Shown here piece by piece: positions 38,401 to 46,913 of a DNA stretch of 64,000 nucleotides. Where the stretch lies: the NCBI GenBank assembly GCA_036867785.1, contig CP145413.1, positions 806,001 through 870,000 on the forward strand, written 5' to 3'. The stretch's first letter is position 1. Each line of letters begins with the position of its first letter. The translations under genes and the position numbers were made by a program. Origin of the DNA: Plasmodiophora brassicae (taxonomy: Eukaryota). Under the pieces are notes generated by a model. The model saw only the letters and a list, made by a program, of their open reading frames with translations, had not been told where the DNA came from and did not search any database.

Positions 38401-40299
38401 TCCGACCACCAGCAGCCCGTCATCCTGATGCTGACGCCCGGGGCGGACCCGACCCTGGCCCTGGAGGACCTGGCCAAGCGCAAGCAGGTGTCCATCTTCA
38501 GCGTGTCGATGGGCGAGGGCCAGGAGCCGCACGCCCGCAAGTGCATCGTCGACGGCATGCAGCAGGGCGGGTGGGCCCTGCTGCAGAACTGCCACCTGGG
38601 CCTCGGCTTCATGGGCCAGCTGGTCACCATGCTGAAGAAGTTCCACGAGGAGTTGCAGGTGTCGCCCAAGTTCCGCCTGTGGATCACGTGCGAGCCGCAC
38701 CTCGACTTCCCCATCTCGCTGCTGCAGATGTCCATCAAGGTGACGAACGAGCCGCCGCAGGGCATGAAGGCGGGCCTGCTGCGCTCGTACACGACCGTGA
38801 TCGACGGCGACCGCCTGGACCGGGTCGACTCGTCCAGGTGGCGCGACCTGGTCTTCGCCATCTGCTTCCTGCACTCGGCCGTCCAGGAGCGCCGCAAGTT
38901 CGGCCCGGTCGGCTGGAACATCCCGTACGAGTTCAACCAGTCGGACCTGGAGGCCAGCCTGACGTTCGTCGAGAAGCACATGTTCGGGGCCGCCCAGATC
39001 GACTGGACCACCGTCCGCTACATGGTCTGCGAGGTCCAGTACGGCGGCCGCGTCACCGACAACTTCGACCGCATCCTGTTCAACTCGTACGGCAACGAGT
39101 GGCTGTCCGCCGCCTGCTTCGACGACGACTTTGCGTTCGCCGCCCCGGGCCACTTCGTGTACCGGGTGCCGCGCGTCGAGGGCGCCGACCACATGGTGCG
39201 CGCCATCCGCGATTACATCGACACGTTCCCGCAGGCGGACACGCCCGAGATCTTTGGCCTGCACAGCAACGCCGACCTGACGTTCGGCACCAAGCAGGGC
39301 GTCTACCTGATCGCCACCATCCAGGAGACGCAGCCGAAGCTGTCGGGGGCGGCCGGCGCCGGCAAGTCCCGCGAGGAGATCGTCAAGGACAAGGCCGACG
39401 AGCTGCTCAAGCTCATGCCCGAGTCGTACAAGGACGACGACGTGCGGCGCAACATCACGAAGCGCCCGCAGAAGGAGCTGGAGCAGGTGCTGGGCGCCAA
39501 GGCGCTGCGGGCGCTGGGCGGCGCCGTCAACGGCTTCCAGATCCCGCTGAACGTGACGCTGTACCAGGAGATCCAGCGCCTGCAGATGACGATCACGCGC
39601 GTCCGCAACACCCTGGTCGACGTGCAGCTGGCGATCAACGGCGAGATCATCCTGACGCCCAACCTGCAGGCCGCCCTGGACGCCATCTTTGACGAGAAGC
39701 CACCCGCCTTCTGGTACCGGGCGCCGTCCGGCGAGCAGCTGGCCTGGACCGTGCCCGCCCTGGGCTCCTGGTTCAACGGGCTGATCGAGCGCGAGAAGCA
39801 GCTGACCGCCTGGCTGCGCAAGGGGCGCCCCTCGTCCTTCTGGCTGACCGGGTTCTTCAACCCGCAGGGCTTCCTGACGGCCATGCGCCAGGAGGTGACC
39901 CGGCGGCACAAGGACGAGCGCTGGGCCCTCGACGACGTCACGTTCCACACCGAGGTCACCGACATCGAGACCGTCAACCGGGTCAAGGCGCCGCCCGACG
40001 AGGGCGTCTACATCCACGGCCTGTACATCGAGGGGGCCGCCTGGGACACCAAGGCCAAGGTCCTGACCGAGTCCAGGCCCAAGGAGGTCGTCGTCCCCCT
40101 GCCCGTCCTGTACGTGACGGCGGTGACGACCGAGAAGAGCCGCGCGACGCTCAAGCCGGGCGCCTTCTACAGCTGCCCCTGCTACACGGTCCCGAAGCGC
40201 ACCGACCAGAACTTTGTCTTTGTCGTCAACCTGAAGACGAACCGGGACCCGAACCACTGGACCCTGCGCGGCGTCGCCCTGCTCTGCAGCAAGGAATGA
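26413..40299 (+). CDS. Axonemal outer-arm dynein heavy chain, gamma/DNAH5-DNAH8 type
   Basis: 4628-aa uninterrupted ORF. P-loops GPAGTGKT, GPAGGGKT, GGAGTAKT (TAKT is typical of the gamma type) and GVGGSGRQ; CFDEFNR; stalk coiled coil; C-terminal HWTLRGVALLC. Confidence 0.97.
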   Translation: MATARHKWIIGRVIEGLAVPEAAVEECLRTDGPVLEEFLTADVKDGAEARPVIFFYGTRPAPPAANAKPGDVPAAPGAVTVRLSSRPDGDSDRDRLADRCVYFVRTRDRPVALKVGSDETVLSGDVQADLLGQLEATLSQLCIPGLQQGMQGAASEGAWGMVRSDADRAAFLSAAAKFDDGLRRIISNMGSELNLQEVDEPVASIDATPSAYELAAKDPSNVAYCMQVLASWCKSIREYVDEPDKTDASQITSGPEVEIERWNRRMLTLTRIVEQLRKPHGQVVVGIVGAARKLQSSAAAAPAQGQGAGHGHGPAPPSTGHDAPSAERPGQGALPGSVLTILELLDEWRETDAALSDALNEAKDNVRFLENLRKFIEPLYTEPPAIISESLPAIMNSMKMIHTLSRHYSTVPRMTALFVRITNQLIAASKKEIYGGEDARRLWDKDPQVVVEKINGCLRLADEYQSQYRATKKKLLSMAKGKQFSFDEDVIFGRFERFGRRLEKLGDMFASIRQFSALADQKIDGMEAVHEKFTSLIQEFKAKGHDLLDYTNTAFERDFVEFTMNNSALENAIQEFIERSFSKIVSIEQSLQLLKQFRSILHREALQEELDHKYQMIFKSYGTQLHHAQELYEKYKQEPPIARDFPKISGNIHWSRQLLRRITNPMEKFKANPKVFHPKESRKIVKHYNKLARVLIEFETLWFKAWCESAEQAKLGLQSRLIVRHPDNGRLYVNFDRRVLMLMREAKNLRLMGFQIPPSASVVLLLQDKLKGYYNDVSHVLATYNRVVHLVSPVTGSLLKPHLLDLENKIRPGMTTMNWTSMSIESFLSHVKNGIARLEYLLCNINDIVENRIRHNLQTIGRILLVDIPSDLAMPVTEFVKRQRAHIAKCQRFLVQKNLEIERAVDDLIAAVLDYPLDAFVPRTSPRDINKVKQYYSGLMYHALLSCTRTSLTFLKRRSSEGSAAAAIFDVDLSLQVPDVRLSPSLDQVQEAICQTAREIINCSQKIVDWDYDVEGETRKGIPFYNRLTADKGVVVQLLLLTGAVEKTKASVGGHLERFSKYSWLWVKDPEQAYAEFIAKKNRVLDDFLVELHRFVEVEKEIDGLADFERMMSLNLRTENLKLQLKHECDRWKFQFSENLHQEVKGDLDKLTEKMKDFATRLSREVKDMSSLKFVMDTLAEIRQVESWIDMEFSSITERYNTLEKYLPFGVITKNEMDERSVLLGNWKATIHQAEQVLDKVNTLQGPFKEDLIVNIEQFKVDVKQFREEYDRSGPMVPNLTPSDAMMALNKFKREFENLARKYDLYNSGEKLFGLPEMQYEDLTRTRKELKLLVSLYSLWKTVLTTVDEYKMIPWSEVVASVDQMASNVEMFAAQCKKLNKEVKTWDAYKELSATIADFLAILPLLSELSKPSIRERHWKEISQITGKEFDLANFADMKLKTVLEANLFQFREDIEEVCDGADKQLGIEKKLKETDVLWGTMKFEFGPWKERGDVILAGSKVNAIIEQLEESQSALGQMLTMRHVKPFEEEASGWLKKLSDVNDVLESWIKVQLLWMSLEAVFTGGDIARQMPADTRVFLKVDKEWTSRLMAKAKELGNVVACCQNEYIKNILPSMFTDLESCQKALDGYLEAKRNKFPRFYFVSNPALLVILSQGSDKDAVQSCFAKVFDSIDRVEFSGNNIVAIKSLASGYGVQDVERIPLTTNVPAQGNIEDWLGQLEEQMRHAMKHIVRKAAMELADFDLNDLERFVTESPGQVALLGIQLMWTTDVQQSLVQAARGNKTSVQNALRKQMQVLSQISAMTVGDIPTKMERTKIETLVTIQVHQRDEFQMINTLYKKKMIKSAADFQWQKQLRCTWVPEDDDCVISVADVNFNYCYEYLGCKERLVVTPLTDRCYISLTQALGMFFGGAPAGPAGTGKTETVKDLGRALGKYVVVFNCSDQMRYTDTAKLYKGLCQSGSWGCFDEFNRIDLEVLSVVAQQIMAILNAMRARLDRFQFPGESGEVTLDERCGFFITMNPGYAGRQELPENLKALFRGVAMMVPDREIIMKVKLASVGYTEFPILAQKFRVLYALCEEQLSKQRHYDFGLRNILSVLRTAGVNLRIEVNKGNSSDKASLEEMLLMRTLRDMNMSKLVADDVPLFISLLHDLFPNQPDPAKATYPDVENAMREAIAANKLVYHEPWVAKAIQLYETSLVRHGLMMVGPAGGGKTTAIKVLLEALSAVRDKHVLVTMNPKAIRAEEMFGENDRISGEWTHGIFSSIWFKYNDNTRNHHTWICCDGPVDAVWIENLNTVLDDNKLLTLANGDRIPMSDNVRMVFEVENLRNASPATVSRAGIIFVSAQDLGYEPFVRAWLSSRRADESAIVSKLFDRYIVEGDILSFLARSTTAVMAASDVQYVTNCFQLVEALLSSSVERQVVYNADQIERLFLYALVWSVGGLLEQDDRAKLNGFLAGVAPAGAMPDASNGLTLYDYVVDAKTLEWRPWQAPQWAYPRDNFTFSSILVPTVDSVRAEYLMSSLAHMNRSVLITGGAGTAKTSTVFQYTNTFVPDKMVLKKITFSSATTARMFQDSIEADIEKRQGKTYSPPGGRMMTVFLDDLSMPEVNTWGDQPTLEIVRQLMATGGIYFLDKDKRGDRKIIENLLYVAAMSHPGGGRNDIPSRLKRHFFMFNMTPPSRVTIDNIYGSMCRGRFETVPALLAIVPTLTDATIRLWLRVKAKMLPTPSKFHYLFNMRDLSRIFQGILFAPVDVLGGTTARLIGLWRHECARVLQDKLVSIADQHWFRSCLDEITGDAFGADEVRQQQASSLLFVDFLRPDVVDPETDEVVELAPKVYEAAPSFAVVKERIQAFLTKYNETPGNKVMDLVLFEDAVNHLMRISRIIGMPRGSALLVGVGGSGRQSLARLAAYIARHRPFQIELTRTYKTDNLKEDIKKLMELTGKQGVGVTFLFTDSDVIYEDFLEYINAVLATGEISGLFPKDERDLMCAELRAIAKKQMRNFDDTPANLYKFFIDRIRDNLHVVLCFSPASDKFAERARRFPALISGCTIDWFLRWPQEALVSVSEKFLSDPAFELNCTPDVAKALPVHIGAVHDIVVEACAEYFRKYRRHVYVTPKSYLSFIKNFMTLYSAKLAEICDKERRVGTGLKKLGEAAEDVEKMKTVLAKQKIDLLEAERNTTAMLAKLEIGAKEANDKKQKASAIEKTCQETAANIESERAVANSELQAALPFLRDAEEAAKSINKQDIAFITKLGSPPDLIKRIMDCVLILLMGGLDPVKPFEIKTGKTMTQFIAPSYDSFAKKLMANTNFLPSLELFSALQKDNINEETMELLEPYLAIEDFSPENAKKVSGAAEGLCKWVKAMFSYHNASLIVAPKLEQLKVKEAELSEANAKLRKAMEASAGAQAEVDALQADFSRTMAEKTKIEQTAQATKNKMTAANSLINGLSGERIRWTEDSQRFAEVKKRLVGDCALACAFVSYCGPFNNEFRKRLGYEYFTKDCTERNIPLTRQLEVTKFLVSDATVAEWNSQGLPKDDLSIQNGILVTQASRWPLLVDPQGQALAWLRRREAANMPPKGTTTLTDGKLRDLLEFCMGEGRALLIEGVEEELDPMLDPVLERNLTKKGRSFFIKLGDKVVSFSLDFRLYFITKLSNPHFSPELSAKTTVIDFAVTQSGLEDQLLSRVINEEQRSLEEQRQKLIEEVNMNTISLLNLDKLLLERLTNSEGNLLDDTSLIEVLADTKTKAQEVKEKIASSVDTEKMINKKREQYRPVATRGSVIYFVIVDMSSVNSMYQTSLSQFLTWFDYSIQESPKANLAAKRVENIIDFLTYHVYVNINRGLFVVDKLVFKLMVTLKICTTAGVIDSAQVAYFLRGSAGLKGAPRKPNEWLQSTSWQALVSLAENVDFFSDLLSSIQADDRLWKQLYDQEAPEQCPIPHYEERLASNRTGPFLRLMLLRAFRDDRTTMAANLFIRDVMGERYAVPVTQTFEDIWAVSDHQQPVILMLTPGADPTLALEDLAKRKQVSIFSVSMGEGQEPHARKCIVDGMQQGGWALLQNCHLGLGFMGQLVTMLKKFHEELQVSPKFRLWITCEPHLDFPISLLQMSIKVTNEPPQGMKAGLLRSYTTVIDGDRLDRVDSSRWRDLVFAICFLHSAVQERRKFGPVGWNIPYEFNQSDLEASLTFVEKHMFGAAQIDWTTVRYMVCEVQYGGRVTDNFDRILFNSYGNEWLSAACFDDDFAFAAPGHFVYRVPRVEGADHMVRAIRDYIDTFPQADTPEIFGLHSNADLTFGTKQGVYLIATIQETQPKLSGAAGAGKSREEIVKDKADELLKLMPESYKDDDVRRNITKRPQKELEQVLGAKALRALGGAVNGFQIPLNVTLYQEIQRLQMTITRVRNTLVDVQLAINGEIILTPNLQAALDAIFDEKPPAFWYRAPSGEQLAWTVPALGSWFNGLIEREKQLTAWLRKGRPSSFWLTGFFNPQGFLTAMRQEVTRRHKDERWALDDVTFHTEVTDIETVNRVKAPPDEGVYIHGLYIEGAAWDTKAKVLTESRPKEVVVPLPVLYVTAVTTEKSRATLKPGAFYSCPCYTVPKRTDQNFVFVVNLKTNRDPNHWTLRGVALLCSKE

Positions 40300-40384
40300 G
40301 GCTCTCTCGGGTCCCGCCAGTAAATACATCCACCCCTCGTGTGTGTGTGTGTTCCTCCTGTATCGTTCGAGTTGCCTGGCTGCG

Positions 40385-41413
40385 TTAGACGCTCTCGTAC
40401 GGGTCCGCATCGGCCCACGGGTCCTCGTGGCCCAGCCGGATGTGCCGGTGGACCGGCCCATCCAGAGGCAGGCGCTCGGCGTCCAGCTGGGGCACGGCGC
40501 CGCTGATGACGTCGCAGAGCAGACCGTACACGAACTCGTAGCCGGCAGGAGACAAATGCAGGCCTGCCGTCCAGTCATTCGCCAATGCACCCCAGGACAG
40601 ACGAGTGTACAGACCGTCGGACAGGAACGCGGTCCAGTTGGGCGCGGCCAGCATGGCTTGAAAGACGTCGACCACGGGGACGTTGCAGAGCCGGCCGACC
40701 TCCAGGCACGCGTCCACATAGGGACGAACGCCGTCCAACGACCGCGTTCCCGCGCTGTATCCCTTGCGGATGCAATCGGCATCGTACGCGGCGTTGTCGA
40801 TCGGCGGTGGCGTCAGCAGGACCAGGAAATCGCCACGACCCGTTCGCCGCCTGCCAGGCAGTATTAGTTATCGGCAGGGCGCGTGGGCGGGCGCAGGAGG
40901 TACCTATCCGCAATGAGGTCAACGAGATCGACCAGGTTGCCCTTGTACTCGTCGACAGGGACGTGCTGCGGTTCGGAGGGCAGGACGGCGTCGTTGGCGC
41001 CCAGCCACAATGTGAACAGGGCTGGGTGGTGCGCGAACGCCCACGACCCCGCCGCCTTGTGCCGTTCGACCAGGACCTTCATGTGCCGGCTGTTGTACCC
41101 GCTATAGCCACGGTTGATGACATCTGCAGCAGTCGTCAGATCGGGGGACGCTCTGTGTGTGTGTATGTGTGCGGGCAAGGCATGGACCCGCTTTGCGTCT
41201 GTATCGGTCGGCGAGCAGGCAGTGGATGCCGCCGGGGCGCGTCCCTTGCTGGGTGATCGAATCGCCGACCAGGACGATCTGCGCGCGCCCGCTGGCGAAC
41301 CCGGGCGCGTCCGTGCGCCGGGGCGCCGTCGCCATCATCGCCAGCAGGACGGCCAGCAGCGGCGGCAGGAATAGACGCCAACGATCGACGACACGACGGC
41401 GCAATGACGACAT
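40385..41413 (-). CDS. SGNH/GDSL hydrolase, IAH1-like, with hydrophobic N-terminus
   Basis: VLVGDSITQ, DVINRGYSGYNS, WLGANDA, FLSDG-LHLSPAGY; three short introns inferred. Confidence 0.9.
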
Positions 41414-42410
41414 GGCCCCTGGGTCCGGGAGCTTCGCGGGACGCCAAGACGTAATCGCTGGGGCCCTCGACCATCATTGATTTTCGCACGTGACGTCCAC
41501 GACGTCGAACAGCCCCAGCAACGCCGGTCAGCGGGAACACGATGCCTTCCTGGGTCCTTATTGTCCACCGCGATGCTATTCAGGCAGGCACGGGGCAGGC
41601 AGAGCGACGCTCAGGGACCACTCCCATGGGCATGGAGTCAGGCAGTCCCCTGACGACTTGCGGCCAACGTCTGGCAGACATTCGTCCTGGGAACGCGGCA
41701 ACGCAAGTCGAGCGATGCACTCGTCGGTAAACGCCAACCTGGCCATTCGCTGACACATCATATCGAAAGGGTCGTCGTCCGTGCCCGACTGGCATTCCGA
41801 TTGAGGGCACAGACACGTTTGCATCGGACGCGAGGCGATCGTTGTCCCCGTTGGGGCGCGCCTCCGGTCCGCTGCCTGGCACCCAGGGTCAGCGAGCTGC
41901 GTGGAACCACGTCGAAGATCCCTGCTACAGACGGTCATGGCACGCAAGCGGAACGCAATGATGGGCGCGGCCGTTCAAGCAGTTCCATACTCGGGTAGTC
42001 GGCGCGCGCGCGCCCGCTTGGACGAGTCGGCATTCGTGCAGGCGCGCGCATATTGAACTGATTACAACTAGCATTGCCGTTGTCTTCGTTTAGTTTAGTT
42101 TAGTTGTGTTTCGCGCTTTCCAGGGAGGCGCCTCGGCGTTGTCTTCGTTGCTCTTCACGAACTCGCTGCTACCGAAGTCGTACAACCGATTGTAGTTTGG
42201 ATGGGGGTCGGACCCCGGAGGGGCTGCCTACGTATCGCTTGCGCGAATCAGACCCGTCGTAGTTCAAACTCGAAGTTAGGCGTCGATGTTAGGCCAGTGG
42301 ATATGGCCCCGGGTCCGGCGTTTCCACGAACAATGAATACGCCTGGAGCCATATTGTTAACAGCCGGCCGTCGACGGCATTTACGAAGCCACATGCTCGT
42401 AATTAGGTAA

Positions 42411-42648
42411 ACTGGCGAGAAATGAGGAAGACTCGCACACAAAGCTCCTGGAACCTGGGAGCAAAGATTAAGGCCGAGGCGGTAAACGCCGACCGGCAGA
42501 GTGCAGGTACAGGCCAGGTTCAAGTGAACTGGCGAGACATGCGGACAACTCGAAGAGGACGCTCCTGAAACCAGGGAGGAGCAAGGGTTAAGGTCGAGGC
42601 GGTAAACGCCGACCAGCAAAGAGCAGGTACAGGCCCGGTTCAAGTGAA
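42411..42648 (+). repeat. Degenerate tandem duplication, about 116-122-bp unit
   Basis: AACTGGCGAGA...TTAAGGyCGAGGCGGTAAACGCCGACC...GCAGGTACAGGCCmGGTTCAAGTGAAC twice. Confidence 0.85.
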
Positions 42649-43874
42649 CGTGTGACCCATCGATTACGAAGCCCAGACTCAAGCTCCACGATGGAGAACG
42701 CAGGATACCCATCGGCAACTAACGTGGCAAACGTATCGTCCGGAGTTCCAGCGCCGGTGGTCCTATGCAACGAGCTCAGTATCAGTTCACAGTTGTCTAT
42801 TCCAATTACTCATATTGATCCAGGTTGGCCTTGACAACGACTTCGCCGGAGCGACGGCAGCAGGAACGGTATGTAGGCAGAACGGAGAGTGTGGCATCAT
42901 CCAGCATGCTTGAGCCGGCGTGCCTATGCGACCAGTGAGAATCGGCTCAGATTCCAGTCTGCGAATTGCATACGCGATATGGGCACCCGCAGGGCCTGCC
43001 TCGACAACGCCTCCAACGTAGTGACGACAGCACGAACGTAGCCGTTACGTCGACAGGACCGAGCAGTCTGAGAGAATATCGTCAGCGCATTCGGCAACAA
43101 ACGACACATACCAGATTGGCTTGCATGTCGCGAGTCCCTGTGAACGTAGCCCACTAAGTAGGCCGTCAGATCCTATCACATCTCGGCGCCTGTACGAACC
43201 TCGATGCGGCATGCCATCGCGTTACGCGATTACACTCCATTCGTTAACGCGTTCACAGCACTGGACCTGCTTGTCGCGCGGACGCGGCGTCCCTGCGTCG
43301 ACACCTGTACACAGCCGACTGGAGTGAGTACAACTGCCAATGAGCTGTGCACCTGAGCCTGTCGATCTGCAGCACGATGAAGACATGACGAAAGGGAACA
43401 CCGATGTGCCAATGTGGGCACCCTGTTCACGGACGCTGCTCAGCAGGTGATGACGTAAGCGGGAGCAACCTTGGCACTTGATCCAACTTAGTCTTGCAGA
43501 ACATATTATTGCATGTCGAGCCATGACGCCTGCCAGCCTCAACGCATTGAAACCAGCTCGAACAGTGCTGGCCATGAATAAGCATTACCTGCGGCGGGCA
43601 ATCTCAGCGACGCAGCATTCGCTCATCAGCGTTGGTGTACACGAGACCTGTCCGCGTGGATCGCATTGTGCTGCGAGTCGCGCCCGACGTACCTGACCGG
43701 AGCAATCGTGTGCCCTATAGGAAACCATCATCGTTGACAGAAATGAACAATGATGCACGAACCTCCTCCATGTTTGATCCGGTGACGGGGGGCGCATCAC
43801 ATGCGGGCATTCGACGGCGCCCCTAGGCGAAGCATACCCCACATGCCGAGCGGCTGTTGCCCACGTCAGCTCTT

Positions 43875-44270
43875 AACGTACCAGTTGCGCGTGCGCGACG
43901 CCACTTTGTTTGCGGTTCGCCCTCGAAGTTCCGGATGAATCCGATGAAGGGCATCGGGAAGGATGCACATCTGACCTGCCGGTATGGTACCTGAAGGTAT
44001 CTGAGGGACATCACACGGTCAGTGGAGGCGACAAGCGCTGCCAATGCCAAACGGCTGTTGCAAATGCGTGTTAGGTTGAGCCGATGCATCCTGAGGGTTC
44101 TCGGGCAAACGTACCAGTGGCGCGTGAGCGACGTCACCTTTGACTGCGGTTCTGGCGTTCCGGAGAAAACTCGAATGAAGGGCATCGCTCGGGAAGGATG
44201 CAGATAGGCCCTGCCTGTATATGGTACCTGAGGGACATCACACGGTCAGTGGAGGCGACGAGCGCTGTCG
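43875..44270 (+). repeat. Degenerate direct repeat, about 230-bp spacing
   Basis: AACGTACCAGT...GAAGGGCATCG...CTGAGGGACATCACACGGTCAGTGGAGGCGAC at about 43875-44040 and 44108-44270. Confidence 0.8.
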
Positions 44271-44558
44271 ATGTGATCAGCGTCGCCTGAGGCCGGCACT
44301 GAGCCCCCCGAGTCACCAGGAAGAATGTGGCAATGCCGGCACTTGCACGTAAACAATAAACGAAATTCATCAAACGGTGCTGTTTCTGGGGTTAACTTGT
44401 TTTCCGGTTTTTGTGGGGTTAGGTGTGGGGCTTTCGCGAAACAGAACTAAACGTGAAACCGATCAAACGAACTCATCGAGAACCGACCACAAATTCAAAG
44501 TAACCGTGAAAGACAAATCAAGCAGTGAACGTTCCAGCAGTGCAAACAACGAAACCAA

Positions 44559-45344
44559 TCACCCATACAACTTTTGGATGGCGTCCTCGTAGGCGGCGAA
44601 CCACTCCAGCTCCTCCCGCTCTTGGTGCTGCCGCCTCTGGAGAGCCGCCTGCTCCAGGCGCGTGTGCACTTCGCGCTCGTAGATGGCGATCCGCGCCCGG
44701 CGGCACTTCGTGCAGACGCAGCGGCGGCGTTGCTGGCGCGCCTGTTCAGCCTGTTGTTGATGGCGGGCCTGCTCAGCCTGTTGTTGCTGGCGCGCCTGCT
44801 CAGCTTGTTGTTGCCGGCGGCGGCGGTCTTCTTTCGAAGACTTCGCGCTGGGCGCGGGTAGTCGGCGTTGTGCCGGCACGGTCACCTTTGGGACGGCCAC
44901 CTTCGGCACCGGAACCTTCGGGCGGGCCACTTTCGGAACCGGAACCTTCGAGCGGGCGATTTTCGGCACCGGAACCTTCGAGCGGACCACCTTCGGGAAA
45001 GCCACCTTCGGGACGGCCACCTTTGTCGCGACGGCCACTTTCGGGACGGCCACCTTCGGGACGACCACCTTCGGGACGGCCGCCTTCGGGACGGCCACCT
45101 TTGGCACCGGCGTCTTCGGGACGGCCACCTTCGGGACGGCCACCTTCGGGACGGCCACCTTCGGGACGGCCACCTTCGGGACGGCCACCTTCGGGACGGC
45201 CACCTTCGGGACGGCCACCTTCGGGACGGCCACCTTCGGGACGGCCACCTTTGGCATCGGCACCTTCGCAACAGCCACCTTCGGGGCCGTCAACTTCGGG
45301 ACCCGGACGCGCGGGCGAGCCACAACGCGTTCGCCGATGGTCAT
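44559..45344 (-). CDS. Putative basic protein with VPKVA pentapeptide repeats, QQQAEQAR repeats and a CxCxxC motif
   Basis: Open frame from ATG 45344; the non-repetitive C-terminus looks helical (RARIAIYEREVHTRLEQAALQRR...). Confidence 0.5.
   Translation of the reverse strand: MTIGERVVARPRVRVPKLTAPKVAVAKVPMPKVAVPKVAVPKVAVPKVAVPKVAVPKVAVPKVAVPKVAVPKVAVPKTPVPKVAVPKAAVPKVVVPKVAVPKVAVATKVAVPKVAFPKVVRSKVPVPKIARSKVPVPKVARPKVPVPKVAVPKVTVPAQRRLPAPSAKSSKEDRRRRQQQAEQARQQQQAEQARHQQQAEQARQQRRRCVCTKCRRARIAIYEREVHTRLEQAALQRRQHQEREELEWFAAYEDAIQKLYG
44880..45300. repeat. 15-bp minisatellite (CCTTCGGGACGGCCA), more than 20 units
   Basis: Direct reading; perfect core at about 45115-45250 with degenerate flanks. 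Confidence 0.95.
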
Positions 45345-45483
45345 TGGATAGCAGGGCGCACGTATGGTCGTCGTGTGGTATAAAGAGCCCCAACCACAAC
45401 GAACGCACAGATACGAGCAAAGGCACAGGCGCCAGATTCCAGGCGTCGTCGTCCCGTTGCACGCAGGCAGTCCCAGAGGCGTC

Positions 45484-45518
45484 ACACACACTCACACACA
45501 CACACACACACACACACA
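45484..45518. repeat. (CA)n microsatellite
   Basis: Direct reading. Confidence 0.9.
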
Positions 45519-46913
45519 GCCGCCCTGTGGAACCTGTCGACAGTGGCGCGCTCAGTGACGGTGCGATCATACGGAGTCATTCGAACCGACAGGTTGGCAC
45601 AGGCACTGAAGGCATCTCCATGGGGAGGGGGAGGACCTCACAGGGCTGCTCCACAACGACACGTACGAATCAGGAACTATGGACGTGCGGTGTCGGAGTC
45701 CTTCTGGCGCCTATGCCTTTGCGCGTATCTGGCCTTCGTTTGTTGTTGTTGTCTCCCAACACCGAACGACGACCATGCCACATGTCCAGATGCTCGCCGT
45801 CCAGGCCTTGTTGTTGCCCAGCACAAAGCCCAGCATGCAATGTTTGGAACCGGTGCGATGGAACAGTGCACCAGCATCGGGGCACTGTAGACCGGGCTGT
45901 CGTTCGTGTCGAGCAGCACGCGCCTGACCGGTGTAGTAAGCAACTGGGTGGCGACGGGCAATGGAACCGGGCACCTAGGCGCATGACGTGGCTGGTTGCC
46001 AGGTCCCAGCACGTTCGTGCGTGTCGGTTAGCGCGCGACAGTTTGGGCCCGACACGCGGGCGTCGCGTCCGTCGCCGTTCGACTTCGGCTCGGCGCACAC
46101 CCAATGAAGTCCGAAATGAGGGCGACGGCGGGTCCCTGACATGACCTCAGCCGCCAGCGGCACGCACGCCGGCGCCGATACAGGCCGGTCGATCAGCGAC
46201 TACTGTCTTGATTTTGGGGATCTCCCGTCCTCCAGCTTGTGGCCGCACGTCCGCCCCAACACCAGATGCCGTCCTCACGTCAGTGTTGCTGTTCACATAT
46301 ACGGCGCTTCACATACACCGAGCGTCGAACGGTCGTATCTCGAAGCAGTCGATGCGGATCGGCAGGGTGCTGACACGGCGTCATCGATGGATCACGATTC
46401 TAAAGGTCGGCCTCGCTAATGTTCTGCTCGGCATGTGATCGGCGGCTGAACCCGGCCCTGCGCACAGTTGCCGTCGGACCCTGGTCCACATTCAGTGCAG
46501 GCTTGTGAAGAGGCTATCCGGATGGAAAGATAACCCAGGCTAGGTAGCTTGGCTCGTCGGTTGCTACCTCGGCACTCAGCACGCAAAGACGCAGACACAG
46601 TACTATAGCAGTAGGTAGCGCCAACCGAGCCGTGCTGCAGGCCTGAACACAGGCTGGACTCGCTCGAATCAGTTGAGCCGTCGTCGACCTCCGGTTACGT
46701 TCATACAACACCGAATGTGCCGTATCTCATTCCGAATTGCGAAGCCAAATGGTGTTTGGCCTGTCCAGTACTCGGGAGGGGGACCACCGGGGAACCGCAT
46801 GGTGATGTAACCTTTTTGGCCCACCTCCAAGTGATCATCACGAGATGACAACGAGCGATTCTGGAAGGCGGCGCCCACCAAGCCATGCCAGACTCGAGAG
46901 GCCGATCTTCCAG

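Noticed and set aside
29356-40782. 3808-aa antisense ORF
   Set aside because: Shadow of the dynein gene: strong GC3 bias removes antisense stops and the translation has no domain features.
44525-46144. 539-aa plus-strand (SGRPP)n ORF and the other frames over the minisatellite
   Set aside because: A 15-bp repeat keeps many frames open; this frame runs through a CA microsatellite and lacks a coherent start. The minus VPKVA frame is more plausible.
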